Shown here: positions 25,780-38,343 of the stretch, piece after piece | How positions within the stretch are numbered: the stretch's first letter is position 1 | How the letters are laid out: every line of letters begins with the position of its first letter | Assembly (NCBI GenBank): GCA_951406725.2 | Contig: OX597840.1 | Coordinates: forward strand, 21,576,001 to 21,640,000 | Reading direction: 5' to 3' | Length of the DNA stretch: 64,000 bases | From: Octopus vulgaris | Lineage: Eukaryota | Translations under genes and position numbers: made by a program | Notes under the pieces: generated by a model | Database searches by the model: none | Told to the model about the DNA's origin: nothing | What the model saw: the letters and a program-made list of their open reading frames with translations, nothing else

Positions 25780-28448
25780 GTAGGGGAAGTAACTCGCCCT
25801 TTTCACTCTCATTTTCTTACTCTCTTACTCTTGAGTCTCTCTTTTTCTTTCTTGAGTCTCTCTCACTCTCTCTCAAGTCTCTCTCTCTCTTGAGCCTCTT
25901 TCTCTCTCAAGTCTCTCTCACTCTCTCTCCTCTCTCCTCAGTCTCTCTCTAGTCTCTCTCTCCTCTCTTCAGTCTCTCTCTCTCTCTCTCTCTCTAGTCT
26001 CTCCATTCTAATAGGGCTCTGCTTCTCAACCGGGGTCCATCTGGTCCTTGGGATCCACATAATATTTTATTGTTAAAATTTCTTTCACAAATCGCTTACA
26101 CTTCAAACATCACACAGAATATAATTTTTTTTCATACAATTCTTGATAATGTCTAATTATAAAAATACAGTAAAAATGTTTTTTTTACAAGCAGTGAACG
26201 GCTTCGAAGGTCCAACTCATTTTAGTCCCTATTTTCATACAAGATAACCTTACCCATCCAACGAATCCTGCTTTTCTTGTTTCTCTTATCCCTTTCGTTG
26301 CCAACCGGCCTGAGACTGATCCTGGTTCCAGGATGCAAACATCCTGATGTAAAGTGGTCTAAATATAAATTTCCCATCAAAATTTCAGGCTAATTTCGAT
26401 TCCAAGCCCCAGCTTAATAATGACAAAATCATTTTATTAAATTCTTAATCATTCTCAACATTAATTGAAACAGAGGAAGCACATTTCGGCAGAAATATGG
26501 TAATGGAAGAGCGAAATTCTTGCAGATCTTTTGTAATCCTTTCAGTTTTAATGTCTGCTTCATCAAAATCTCCCCTTTACACAAAAGCTAAAAACCGTGG
26601 CCATCCATAGTAAAAAAACTAAAACGAAAATGTTCCATCCGGAGTCATTGTGCACTGCACCCCCTGCACACACACACACGTCTTTTATCTTCTACTTATT
26701 TCAGTTATTAGACTGGCCATGCTGGGGCACCACCTTGAAGAAGACTTTGTCGAATGAATCGACACCAGTACTTTTCTTCTTTTTTTAAGCCTAGTACTTA
26801 TTCTATTGATCTCTTCTGCTGAACCACTAAGTTATAGGGATGTAAACACACCAGCACTGGTTGTCAAGTGGTAATAAGAACAAACACACATGCACATATC
26901 CACTCATCTACCAAATCCACTCATAACGCTTTGGTCAGCCCAAGGTGCCTGAAACTGTGTGGTTGGGAAGCAAGCTCCTTACTGCACAGCCACTTGTTCC
27001 CTACACCCGTTTCACCATTGTGGTTATCAGCATCCTCTGCAGTGGGTGTCCCGAGCACAGTTCGTGAGGAGGAACACTTTATTGCATTGTATTTATGCAG
27101 ATCAAACATAGACTGCATTTTGCGTTCATCAAACAGTTTTCTCATCATTTGCTCCATATATCGTTATAATCAATAACCTGGCTAATTACAAAAGTGACCA
27201 TACCACTTTATTAAAAGTAGACTGGACAATAATGCAGTGCATGAGGCATTAATCTTGCGAGTTGTATCCAAGTGATCAGAAAAGGCTGCTACATGGGAAG
27301 GGCTACTGGACAATGGGGAGAGGATTTAGTTTAACAATTTGAGTCAAGAAGGGAAAGAAGGGGGCAATCAAGAAAGAATTGGATGTGCTTTGTGACCAAT
27401 GGTGTGTAGCAGCGTCTGATTGCATAATCAATACAGTGATATATAAATATATATATACATACATAGAGAGAGATGCTCACACACCATGTGAGAACTGTGT
27501 ATATATGTGTGGATGTATGCACACACACACACATGTATGCATACTGATGAATTTATTCTGGGCAGCCAAACTTTCTTGTGATCTTCCAAAGCCCCTCATG
27601 ACTGACAGTGTCAAAGGCCTTGGTTAAGTCTACAAACATTGTGTATAGGTCCCTGTTTTGTTCCAGACACTTCTTCTTCTACCCACCAAATTTACCAGTG
27701 CAACAACAAATTTTCAATCTAAGAATTGCCAATTTGTTTACATTACCATCACAAATGCATCAATCCTTCTCGCATCCTAACCGATGCATCTATCCATACT
27801 CGCATTCTGAAGAGATTTACTTACTCCAGTAAATCGAAATAATCGTAAATGCCACCCTCATCTCTGCTTCTTCCTTCTTTGTTACCGATTTAATTATAGA
27901 CATACTGGCATAAACCATGAGTTTCCCATTGTTATTATATCCATTTTCTTCTCATATATATATATATATATCATCATCATCGTTTAACGTCCGTTTTCTG
28001 CGCTAGCACGGGTTGGACGGTTCGACCAGGGTCTGGGAAGCCAGGGGCTGCACCAGGCTCCAGTCTGATCTGGCAGTGTTTCTACAGCTGGATGCCCTTC
28101 CTAACGCGAGTGTAGTGGGTGCTTTTTACATGCCACCGGCACAGGTGCCAGGGGAGTCTGGGCATCGGCCACGATCGATATATATATATATATATATCTA
28201 CATACAATGGGATTCTTTCAGTTTCTGTCTACCAGATCCACTCCCAAGGTTTTGGTCAGCCCAAGGCAATAGTAGAAGATACTTGCCCATGGTGTCATGC
28301 AATGGAACTGAACCTGGAATCATGTGGTTGGGAAGCAAGCTTCTTACCACACAGCCACTCTTGCGCCTATATATATATATATATTGTCAGTGAATCATAA
28401 ATCTGAAAAAGAAGCCCCTTCTCAGATACAGTGCAGTAGAGTGTATAG

Positions 28449-28594
28449 ATAAAGATAGATATGGCCGATCTATGGGGTTACCCTGCGTTTCACAGGCCAA
28501 CGGGCTTAGGGTCTGAAGAAATGCTATAAAGCTAAGCGCTTTATGGACCTGAAACCCAGGGTAACCCCCATAGACTGGCCATAGCTATCTTTAT
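28449..28594. mobile_element. Short fold-back element with degenerate hammerhead core
   Basis: ~45-bp imperfect inverted arms; + strand GGGT-CTGAAGA-...-GAAA-CCC-A-GGG-TA-ACCC at 28509-28567. Confidence 0.6.
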
Positions 28595-28744
28595 ATATTT
28601 CTATATATGTATATATATATATATATATATAAAACTTACTTGGAAAAGGATGCGTGGCGTTCGATCATATAATAATATAAATAATATATAAATATATGCG
28701 TATATACATACATATATGTACGTACCTACATCTATATGTATATA

Positions 28745-29025
28745 TACATGCATATATTGGTACAGGACATCAAAAAAATCGTTGAACTCAATGAGAAACA
28801 AAAACATGGAAACGAACTTTTTTTCAAACAATGAAAAAACAGAGTACAAGACATACAACACGAGGAATATTCCCCTCTTCCGTTGTCCCTGTTTCGTCTA
28901 CTCCGCATTTCAAAAACACGGAGTAGACGAAAAAGTTCGTTTCCATGTTTTTGTTTTCATGTTGTCATTTCTCATTGTGTTCAACGTTTTTTTTTATGTC
29001 CTGTACCCATATATGCATGTATATA
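28745..29025. mobile_element. Fold-back repeat element in TA-rich context
   Basis: ~75-bp imperfect inverted arms plus internal hairpin TTTCGTCTACTCCG...CGGAGTAGACGAAA. Confidence 0.65.
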
Positions 29026-29879
29026 TGCATATAAGTGTAGGTATGTATATATGGATATATTTATATATTATTTATATTATATATGTATATATATATCTAT
29101 ATAGATATAGACAGACAGACAGATGGATATTGATATAGTGCTATAGACTCAGTCACTTGTTCTCATCATGAAATTTTCTGTGCTATTTACCATTTGGCTT
29201 AATAATTTTTAATATCTTTATTTTATTATTATCCCTTTGACAAGAGCCAATGCCAAACAAAACACATAGAGGTATTTGTTCTTTGACAGAGGCCAGCTCT
29301 GCCTTTCATTGTTCTGGGGGGGTCTTTAGAATTAGTCATTTACTGGGGGTGGTTAAATTGACAAACCCACTTTCTCAAAATTTGTGGTTTTGCATCTTTG
29401 CTAGAAATTATTGCCAGGGTGTGGAGGGTTTATATCCAGTTGTGGACTTCGTAGTTCAGGAGGAGCCCAACTCTCTCCTGAACTTGCTGGTGAAGTGGGT
29501 CCCTGTATGCCTTCTGATATGACACAGTTTGTTAATGTCTCTATCTGGTTTCAGTCATTTGACTGTGGCCATACTGGGGCATCACCTTGAAAGATTTTAG
29601 TTGAACAAAACTTTTAGTTTCTTTTGCCAAACCGCTAAGTTAGAGGGATGTAAACACACCAACACTAGTTGTTAAGCAGGGGAGGGGGTAAGACACACAC
29701 ATATATGATAGGCTTCTCTCAGTTTCTGTCTACCAAATTCACTCTACAAGGCTTTGGTCAGCCTGAAGTAGAAGACACTTGCCCAAGGTGCCATGCAGTA
29801 GAACTGAACCCGGATCCATGTGGTTGGGAAACAAGCTTCATATCACACAGCCGCACCTGCACCTATTCTACACCAGCGT

Positions 29880-30042
29880 CTCCAGTCCACCTTCTGAAAA
29901 TAGGTACCATGGTTAGGTACAGTTCATCAGTATATCCAGTGCACCTTCTGTAAATAAGTACCACAGAGAGAGGTATAATTCATCAATGTATCTTGTCCAC
30001 CGAATGTAAATAGGTAACATGGGGAGGTACAGTTCATTAGTG
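29880..30042. repeat. ~55-bp tandem repeat, 3 diverged copies
   Basis: Recurring CACCTTCTG(A/T)AAATA(G/A)GTACCA...AGGTACAGTTCATCAG. Confidence 0.75.
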
Positions 30043-30681
30043 CAACTTGTGTTCTTGGTCATCTCTCCCATGTCTGAGAAAGATGATTCTGCAATTCCTT
30101 GCTGACCAACCTGGCATAAATGATTCGTTTATAGTGATCAAGTGTTTGTACCGCACAGCACCTTCCTCCCTCCATCAAATTGACTTTACCTGTTTCAGGT
30201 GCGCAGTGTATCATGTCAGGTATCAAAGTGGTCACAGAACAACACAAGAGCAGAAGTGTTTAGCTCAAGAACACCATGCACTGCCAAGGCCTGGAATCGA
30301 AACCATAATCTTGCAAGGCCCCATCCCTTCACTAAAAGAAAAAAAAAGACTGGTTTATTGAATTCTTGATAGAAGTTACCTTAAGGGGCCAGGCTGTAAA
30401 TTGATTCCATGATAAGGCACAGTTCATCCATTCTCTAAGTCCCCTTAATTGTAAACAGGGGCCTTGGAAAGGATGATGCTGACCTTAAATCCCCCTCCTG
30501 GGCCAGACAAGTGCATTCTTCCCTTCAATCACATTAGCTGACATTAACATTTTTTTCCTTTGTTTTATTTTTCATTTTCTTTTGTTTTTATTTTCTTTGT
30601 TTTGTTTTTTGTTTTTGTTTTTACTCATCTTACATTTTTATTTATTTAATTTTTTTACTTAATTTTTTTATTTTTTTGCAG

Positions 30682-30739
30682 TTGGCATCTTTTGTTTTAT
30701 ACTTCAGCATGCATATATGGTATCATTATTTTATGGGAT
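30682..30739 (+). CDS. CerS: Ceramide synthase exon (TM)
   Basis: ttgcag| ... |gtaagt; 58 nt; WHLLFYTSACIYGIIILWD. Confidence 0.93.
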
Positions 30740-31014
30740 GTAAGTATACACTCACTTCATTGGCCTCCTCCATGTTGTCCTTTACCTTTTATATACATTT
30801 CTGTCTGCCTCCTGTCTGTCTGTCTGTCAGTCTGTCTTTCTGCTGCCATATTGTCGATATTCAGCTTCTTTACATTCTCTTCACATATACACAAACTGGT
30901 GAAAGCATGGGACATGTTTTGCTATTATTAAGGCCTCTTCAGTAAAGTGTATTTTTCTCATGCAAAGTTAATGGTGAGATATACACATATATATATACAT
31001 ACATACATACATTA

Positions 31015-31367
31015 TTATGGCTGCCCCCCCTCGTTATTGAGTATGACCATTGCACGAAGCTTAACTGTTACTGGTGCTGTGATCGAATGTGACTTTTTAG
31101 CCCAGCTAAAGATCTACAATGTCTTGTACAAAATTGGCAACTAAGACCTTTACTGGTAATAGCCGACTGTAGTTGTAACTGGGCTTCATGTACCTTTGCA
31201 TGTCGTTTAAGTCTTCCTGCGGAATTACAATCTCTTCTACATGCCCGACAGATATGATTAGTATGGTGTGTTACACCACCACCAGTGGCCAGGTTGTCAC
31301 TCATCTGTCTCGCTTTTTGACTACGAAGATGACTCTTGAGTCCAGCTTTACTGAGGCAGGGTCTTGC

Positions 31368-31369
<2 letters not shown>
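31015..31369 (-). mobile_element. RTE-clade LINE 3' fragment with C2H2 zinc fingers
   Basis: CRACRRDCNSAGRLKRHAKVH and CQFCTRHCRSLAGLKSHIRSQH, then a short 3' UTR and microsatellite tail; no splice context. Confidence 0.7.
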
Positions 31370-31403
<34 letters not shown>

Positions 31404-31407
<4 letters not shown>

Positions 31408-31676
31408 CAGCGTGGAAGATGTTTATAAAACCATTTAAAACACACAAAAACCGTTAGATTTACTTTAACATTCAAATTTAATTTGTCAAAATATCTTCGT
31501 CCCTTTGCAACTGCAACCTGCTCACTGACAAAATTTCGTGCTGCATCTGAATTTTGTCAGTGAGCAGGTTGCAGTTGCAAAGGGACGAAGATATTTTGAC
31601 AAATTATATTTAAATGTTGAAGTGAATCTAACGGTTTTTGTGTTTTTTGGCTTATAAACACCTTCTACACTGCAAT
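31404..31676. mobile_element. Fold-back element (~130-bp arms) in (TA)n with variant hammerhead core
   Basis: 31404-31535 is the reverse complement of 31550-31676; inner ~55 bp match perfectly. Confidence 0.75.
31552..31603 (+). ncRNA. Hammerhead-like motif with G3-C8 swapped core (mirrored on minus strand)
   Basis: TTTGTCA-GTGAGCA-G-GTTGC-loop-GGGAC-GAAG-ATAT-TT-TGACAAA: 7-bp stem I, palindromic ATAT loop III; position 15.1 is G rather than A. Confidence 0.45.
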
Positions 31677-32421
31677 TGCTTATATATATAATCTCAAGTG
31701 TCTACTAAAGCCCCAGGCTAGCCAAAACCCTGTACTTGGGTTTGGTAGACAGAGAATGAAAACCCATCATGTGTGTCTTTGTGTCTTGTTGTGTTGACAT
31801 CTCATGATTGTTGACCTTCATTTCCAGTGTTCTGCCAAAACATGTCTGGCCACAGGGAAACATTTCCTTGCTTCTGATGTTTATTTAGACACACAGATTT
31901 AGATTCATCATCACCTTTACAGTTTCCAGATTTCAATGAGATGATAGTTTATTTTTAGAATAACATTGTAGGGTAAATAGGAGAAGCCAGATCTGGCCAA
32001 TTTGAAGATAAAACAGGTAAAATATTTGGGTCGGATGTGACCAGTTTAAATGTTTAGGGATTGGATATTAGAAATCGTATTTTTAAAAGATGTTTAAATG
32101 TTTTGTGTTCTGCTTGGACTGTAAAAGTGTAAATAATTTATTGTGCATAAATTTTAACAACAAAATCTTATGTGGACCCCTAAGGATCATATGGACCCTT
32201 GTTGAAAACCACCAGGTTGAAGTATGATAAAGGGATAGGAATAGGGGTCTTGCTGTAAGGGTGGTACATGGTTATCACAGTTGGTAAAGAAAGAGGATGG
32301 TGGCGAAGATCTGTCAGGCTGAATATCTGTGTTAAGAAATATTGATAAATTCGTGTTTATTTATTTAATGTCGTATTAAAAAGCGAGTTAGAAATAATTA
32401 TGCAGTGAGAAAAAAATTTAT

Positions 32422-32643
32422 TTATTTCTTTATTGCCCACAGGGGCCTAAACATAAAGGGGACAGACAAAGAGATTAAGTCGATTACATTGACCCCAGTG
32501 CGTAACTGGTACATGTTTAATCGACCCCGAAAGGATGAAAGGCAAAGACGACCTCGGCTGGAATTTGAACTCGGAGCGTAACGGTAGACAATATAACTAG
32601 GCATTTCGCCCGGCGTGCTAACGATTCTGCCAACTCGCCGCCC
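32422..32643 (-). mobile_element. SINE family B
   Basis: Homology to 15065-15297. Confidence 0.85.
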
Positions 32644-32703
32644 TCAAAAAAAAAAAAAATTTTTTTTTTAAATATATATATATTTTTATATATAATATAT
32701 ATA

Positions 32704-32792
32704 GCGCAGGAGTGGCTGTGTGGGAAGTAGCTTGCTTACCAACCACATTGCTCCGGGTTTAGGTAAACGGAAACTGAAAGAAGCCCGTCGTA

Positions 32793-32866
<74 letters not shown>

Positions 32867-33060
32867 TATATGCGTGTGCCTGTCTGTGTTTGTCCCCCTA
32901 GCATTGCTTGACAACCTGACAACCGTTACTTAGCGGTTCGGCAAAAGAGACCGATAGAATAAGTACTAGGCTTACAAAAGAATAAGTCCCGGGGTCGAGT
33001 TGCTCGATTAAAGGCGGTGCTCCAGCATGGCCGCAGTCTAATGACTGAAACAAGTAAAGA
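32704..33060 (+). mobile_element. SINE family A with internal deletions
   Basis: Head GCGCAGGAGTGGCTGTGTGG, tail TGACTGAAACAAGTAAAG. Confidence 0.85.
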
Positions 33061-33510
33061 AACATGAGTCCACGCTGTGAATTATTGAGGGGAGACAACT
33101 CCGTATCTGCTTGATTCCTATTCTGCTTCTTTGACGTTTTTTCGATTCGAAGTTTTAATCAAACGTCATCAACATTAATGAACTCATTAAGCTAATGTTA
33201 GCCTTTAACACTGGGAGCAGTGATGAACTCTCCAAGAATATTAACTTCATTTAGAATTATGCAAAGTCACGCGAAGCAGTGTTGAATAAAATCTGTTCAT
33301 GCAAAGTCGTATTTATGTTGGACATGGGGAAGCCTTTTGCTTAGGAATTTGTTCCTCGAGGAGAAGAATTTTCTGCTCCCAGAAGACATTCCTTAAAAAG
33401 GTCTTGAGCTGTGAATGACGTCATTGAAACATAGGAAGCAGGTGTCCCTGAAATCTCTGGCTACAAACACCAAATCCGACTTTTGCAGCTTAGCCATTCT
33501 CATTCATTCG

Positions 33511-33511
<1 letters not shown>

Positions 33512-33541
<30 letters not shown>

Positions 33542-33558
33542 GTATTAGTATTAGTATC

Positions 33559-33589
<31 letters not shown>

Positions 33590-33661
33590 GTAGTAGTAGT
33601 AGTAGTAGTATTATTATTATTACTATTATTATTAGTATTATTATCATTATTATTATTATTA
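33512..33661. repeat. (ATT)n/(AGT)n compound microsatellite
   Basis: Direct reading. Confidence 0.95.
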
Positions 33662-34936
33662 TGAGTTTTACCAATGGACCCCTTTGGTTCCTGTTTTAAT
33701 CAGATGGTCCCTCATAGCCATTCAATGTTTAAAAAAAGTTCCCTTATATTTGTTTATAATTAAATATTATTAGGAATTGTTTGAAAAAAAAAATTGTTAA
33801 AATAATATTTTCGTGTATTGTAGAAGTATGACCAATTTATTGGACATAAATTTTAACAATGGAATCCTCTGTGGACCCCTGCCAAGGGCCATGTGGACCC
33901 CACTTGAGAACCACTAATCTAGATGGCCCTGGCTGATAAGAACTGATTGGTGGGTGGGGTCATTAGCTAATCAACCTAGGTTAGGTTACCTAGATGAGGG
34001 TGTATGTTGTAAAACCTGAAACCCACCTCTCTAACTTTAGGATATAAAGCTGACAATCTCCCCTGGTATTGCTTTTGCAGACAAGATGGAGAATTAATTT
34101 TTTAATTGTGTAATTTAAAAAAATTTTTATTTATTTATTTTTTTTTAGTCTTTTATCAATAAGTGTTATATTTCCTATTTGCTTCTCTCTAGAAAGCGAA
34201 GGAAAAGATTACTGTTTCCTTCAAACTTTGCTTTTTTTGACCTGGACATCAATGTTTTGAAACTGAACAATTTTCCATTACATTTCACACAGATTCAGTA
34301 CAGAGTGGCTGAAGCAGAAATATCGTTATAGCAAATGTTCTGCTCAATACCACAGACTTGTTTGTCACTTGCTTGACATTAACCACTTGAGCATGTCCCT
34401 TAGTGGCTGACAATATGTGCATCTCTGATCATGAAGAGGAGTAGAGGGGGAGCATCATAACCATGTATTTAGAGGGATTCTTTGGGGTTTGAATAAATGT
34501 AACAAAAGCAAAGTTTTAAGGAAATATTAGCCCTTCTTCATACTTTCTAGGGGGTAAACAAAGACGAAATAACAGTTGATATCTAAAGACAAAAACTGTA
34601 TTACACAGTGTTATTAATATTTGGAACTATGAAGGTAACAGGTCTGTCGCATTTGCGTGCATCAATGTTTGTGTATATACATAGGTGCACATTTGAGTGT
34701 TACCCTCATCTAAACATCACATGGAGGTTGTAAACGAGCATCACTGTCATACAAGTGGTTTTCATGAAAGCTGGTTTGTTTTCAACCTTTCACATCTAGT
34801 TGTAGGGAAAATATTACCCTACATAGAAACAGGAAGGGCATCTGCCTCAACCAATTCTGGTGTTGGTGTGTTTACGTCCCCATAACTTAGAGTGGTTTGG
34901 TACTGGGGCTGATACATTTGACTAAAAATTTTTCAA

Positions 34937-35105
34937 GGCCCCCTTGTCTATGGCATTCGCCGCTGGAATAAGGAGTGGTTGGAGATCACGCGGTCATTAG
35001 CCTCAAATCGCCAAGCCTGGTCGGCATTTGTGAGAGATGCAGCCTTGAGGATGAATGAAGCCAGCTCAACCCACCCCGGGTGGATGCTGTCTCAAGACAA
35101 GACAA
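34937..35105 (+). mobile_element. RTE-type LINE extreme 3' fragment
   Basis: GPLVYGIRRWNKEWLEITRSLASNRQAWSAFVRDA followed by a (CAAGA)n tail. Confidence 0.7.
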
Positions 35106-35141
35106 TTCTGTATAACTTGTGATGGAATGAGACAGTGGCCA

Positions 35142-35369
35142 TTAACTCTTTCGTTACCAACCCGGCTGAAACTGGCTCTGGCTCTGAGTACAAATGTTTT
35201 GTTTTCATAAGTGTTGAATTAAAATCTTCCACCAAACCTTAGTCACAATTTATGTTCCTATCTCTAGCTGAATGATAACTAAGTTATTTTACTAAATTCT
35301 TTGTTATATTTAAAGTAATTGAAAGAAACACAGAGCATCTCTAAATAAATACAGTAATGAAAGGGTTAA
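35142..35369 (+). mobile_element. piggyBac-type MITE
   Basis: TTAA-CTCTTTCGTTAC...GTAATGAAAGGG-TTAA; homologue of 11913-12140. Confidence 0.8.
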
Positions 35370-35817
35370 AATGATGATTATACAGTCGGGACCGTCTTTC
35401 CTTGCACTTGTTGCTGAGGGAAGTGTTGTCAGGTTTGTGTGAAAAGTTAGGGGTCAGATGAGTGGATGCCTGTTTCCCTATTGATAAGAAATCTTTTTAC
35501 CTTTCTGTGTGTGTGTTCATTATATTTCTGTTTTACTCTTTTGCGTGTTTCAGTCATTAGACCGGTCATGCTGGGGCACTGCCTTGAAGAATTTTTAGTC
35601 AAATGTATCGACCCCAGTACCAAACCACTAAGTTATGGGGACATAAATACACCAACACCAGATGTCAAGCAGTGGTAGGGGACAAACAGACACAAACATA
35701 CTAACACACATGGATATATGCATATATATATACATAATGTGTGTGTGTGTGTGATGGGCTTCTTTCAGTTTCCATCTAATTAATTTTTATTTTGTTTTTT
35801 CTTTCTTTTTTTTTCAG

Positions 35818-35868
35818 AAACATTGGGTGTGGCACACTGAAGACTGTTGGAGAGGATGGCCCAATCAT
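35818..35868 (+). CDS. CerS: Ceramide synthase exon
   Basis: tttcag| ... |gtaatt; 51 nt; KHWVWHTEDCWRGWPNH, cf. KPWxWxxxxCWxxYPxQ. Confidence 0.93.
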
Positions 35869-36328
35869 GTAATTGAGAACTTTTACTCTGTTTATTTCTC
35901 TCTGCTCCTTCCAAGCATGACCACCCAGCAACATCTTCTAATTCTGGTTATGTAATTTATTAGTTACGAGGTGGCAACGATCAAAAAGGAAATGGAATAC
36001 TTCAACCTTGACTTCTAATTAGTAAAGCTTTTAAAGCATTTTATTCTCTTTATCTAATTAAGAAATCATCGTTATCCCCATTTTCTTGAGAATAACGTTG
36101 ATTTTGTCGTCGTTAAGTTGTAGATAAACCGATTTAATTTACTGGTCCAACACAAACATAAGAACACCATTTTCAATCTGTTCATTGTTAGAATTATGGA
36201 ATAAATGTACCAAAAGCAAAGTTTAAAGGAAATCTTAGCGATCCCTTCATACTTTCTAGGGGTCAGCAAAGAGGTAACGACAGTTGCCACCCAAGCAGGA
36301 AAACCCTTTTACCCAGTCTGATTTGATA

Positions 36329-36920
36329 TCTTTATATATAAAAGTAAGGTTGTGTGCTGTCTGTCTCCTACGATTTAGATTCCTAACTACTCCCACATTT
36401 TGCGGTGCAGTTTAACCAAAACCGGGTATCTTATAGTCGTGATTCATATCGAGCCCTTCTGGGTATTAGCACGTATCTACGATGAGTCTACGATTTTAAA
36501 AATAATTTACCATAATTTTTTTTACATTTTAATGCATTTTTTCGCTATTATATAAGGGAAGTAACTCTCTAAAAATGTCTACGATGAGTCTACGATTTAA
36601 AAAAAAATTTACCATAATTTTTTTCCATTTTAATGCATTTTTTCGCTATTATATAAGGGAAGTAACTCTCTAAAAATGTCTACGATGAGTTAACGATTTA
36701 AAAAAAATTTACCATAATTTTTTTCCATTTTAATGCATTTTTTCGCTATTATATAAGGGAAGTAACTCTCTAAAAATGTCTACGATGAGTTAACGATTTA
36801 AAAAAAATTTGCCATAATTTTTTTTCCATTTTTAATGCATTTTTTTGCTACTTATTGGCTATAACTCTCTAAAAATGCTTACATAGTTATAACCCGAGCA
36901 ACGCCGGGCGATACTGCTCG
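36329..36920 (+). mobile_element. Non-autonomous Helitron with internal ~101-bp x4 tandem array
   Basis: 5' part nearly identical to 17933-18332; units start at 36476, 36578, 36679, 36779; 3' hairpin and CTCG|T end. Confidence 0.85.
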
Positions 36921-36960
36921 TTTAATCTATATGTATTTTTCTCTCTCTTCTCAATTCTAG

Positions 36961-37053
36961 AATGTTGGCACAGATCTCTACTACTATTATCTTTTTGAAT
37001 TGGCCTTCTATGGCAGCCTCATCTTGAGTCTACTCATGGATATCAAAAGAAAA
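36961..37053 (+). CDS. CerS: Ceramide synthase exon
   Basis: ttctag| ... |gtgagt; 93 nt; NVGTDLYYYYLFELAFYGSLILSLLMDIKRK. Confidence 0.96.
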
Positions 37054-37380
37054 GTGAGTTTCAGCCTCATAGTGTTTTCTTCATTTCCCTTGTCTTTTAA
37101 CTCACTTCATTATCTTAATTGGAACAAGAAAGTGTTTCTGTTTTTTGTTTTTTAACTTTAGTTATATGTATATTTTTGGTTTTTTGTCTTTTACTTGTTC
37201 TGGTCATTTGATTACGGCCATGCTGGGGCACCGCTTTGAAAGGTTTTAGCTGAATGGATCAACCCTTTTTTTTTTCTTTTTCTACTGAACTACTAAGTTA
37301 TGGGGGACATAAACACACCAACACTGGTTATGAAGCAGTAGTGAGGGGACAAACACAAATACAAAGACACACACACATGT

Positions 37381-37790
37381 ACTCTTTTACTTGTTTAAGT
37401 CATTTGACTGCGGCCATGCTGGAGCACCGCCTTTAGTCGAGCAAATCGACCCCAGGACTTATTCTTTGTAAGCCCAGTACTTATTCTTTCGGTCTCATTT
37501 GCCGCACCGCTAAGTGACGGGGACGTAAACACACCAGCATCAGTTGTCAAGCAATGCTAGGGGGACAAACAGACGCACAAACATATACACACACATACAC
37601 ATATATATATATATATACATATATACGACAGGCTTCTTTCAGTTTCCGTCTACCAAATCCACTCACAAGGCTTTGGTCAGCCCGGGGCTATAGCAGAAGA
37701 CACTTGCCCAAGATGCCACGCAGTGGGACTGAACCCGGAACCATGTGGTTGGTTAGCAAGCTACTTACCACACAGCCACTCCTACGCCTG
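37381..37790 (-). mobile_element. SINE family A, full length
   Basis: High identity to 2234-2647. Confidence 0.88.
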
Positions 37791-37867
37791 TATTTAAATT
37801 TCTTTTTTATGTGTGCATAATTTCTGTTGTGCTAAATCCCTGGTTTTTTCCTTTTTCCTGTTTCCAG

Positions 37868-37996
37868 GACTTAAAAGTGATGATCATCCACCATGTTGCG
37901 ACCATCATTCTTCTCTCTATGTCATGGTTTTTGAATTTTGTCCGCATCGGATCCCTCACGCTCATTGTTCATGACATAGTCGATCCATCCTTGGTG
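37868..37996 (+). CDS. CerS: Ceramide synthase exon (Lag1p motif, catalytic HH and HDxxD)
   Basis: ttccag| ... |gtgagt; 129 nt; DLKVMIIHHVATIILLSMSWFLNFVRIGSLTLIVHDIVDPSLV. Confidence 0.97.
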
Positions 37997-38343
37997 GTGA
38001 GTTCAGGACTTTCCTAACATTTGCCTTTTTTTACTGTTGCTGTTGTTTTATTGTCTGACCCCCCCCTCTAAATCAGCCATGTGTGACGGACGCCTATCAA
38101 CATGCTTCTGTGCTTCTGCCAAATTGAACTTACTCAACACGTACCACATCCAGTGGCTGAGTGCATCTGGTAGAATCGTTTGCATGCCAGACAGACAGAC
38201 AGACAGAAAGTGAGAGGTCTGGAAGGCGGCGAGCTGGCAGAAGCGATAGCCGTAACCCTAGGCTTGTTGCCTTTGTTCTTATCACCCATTTCTGCTCATC
38301 TTACATCAAGGAATTTCAATGATTTCGTTGTCTCTTTTAACAG

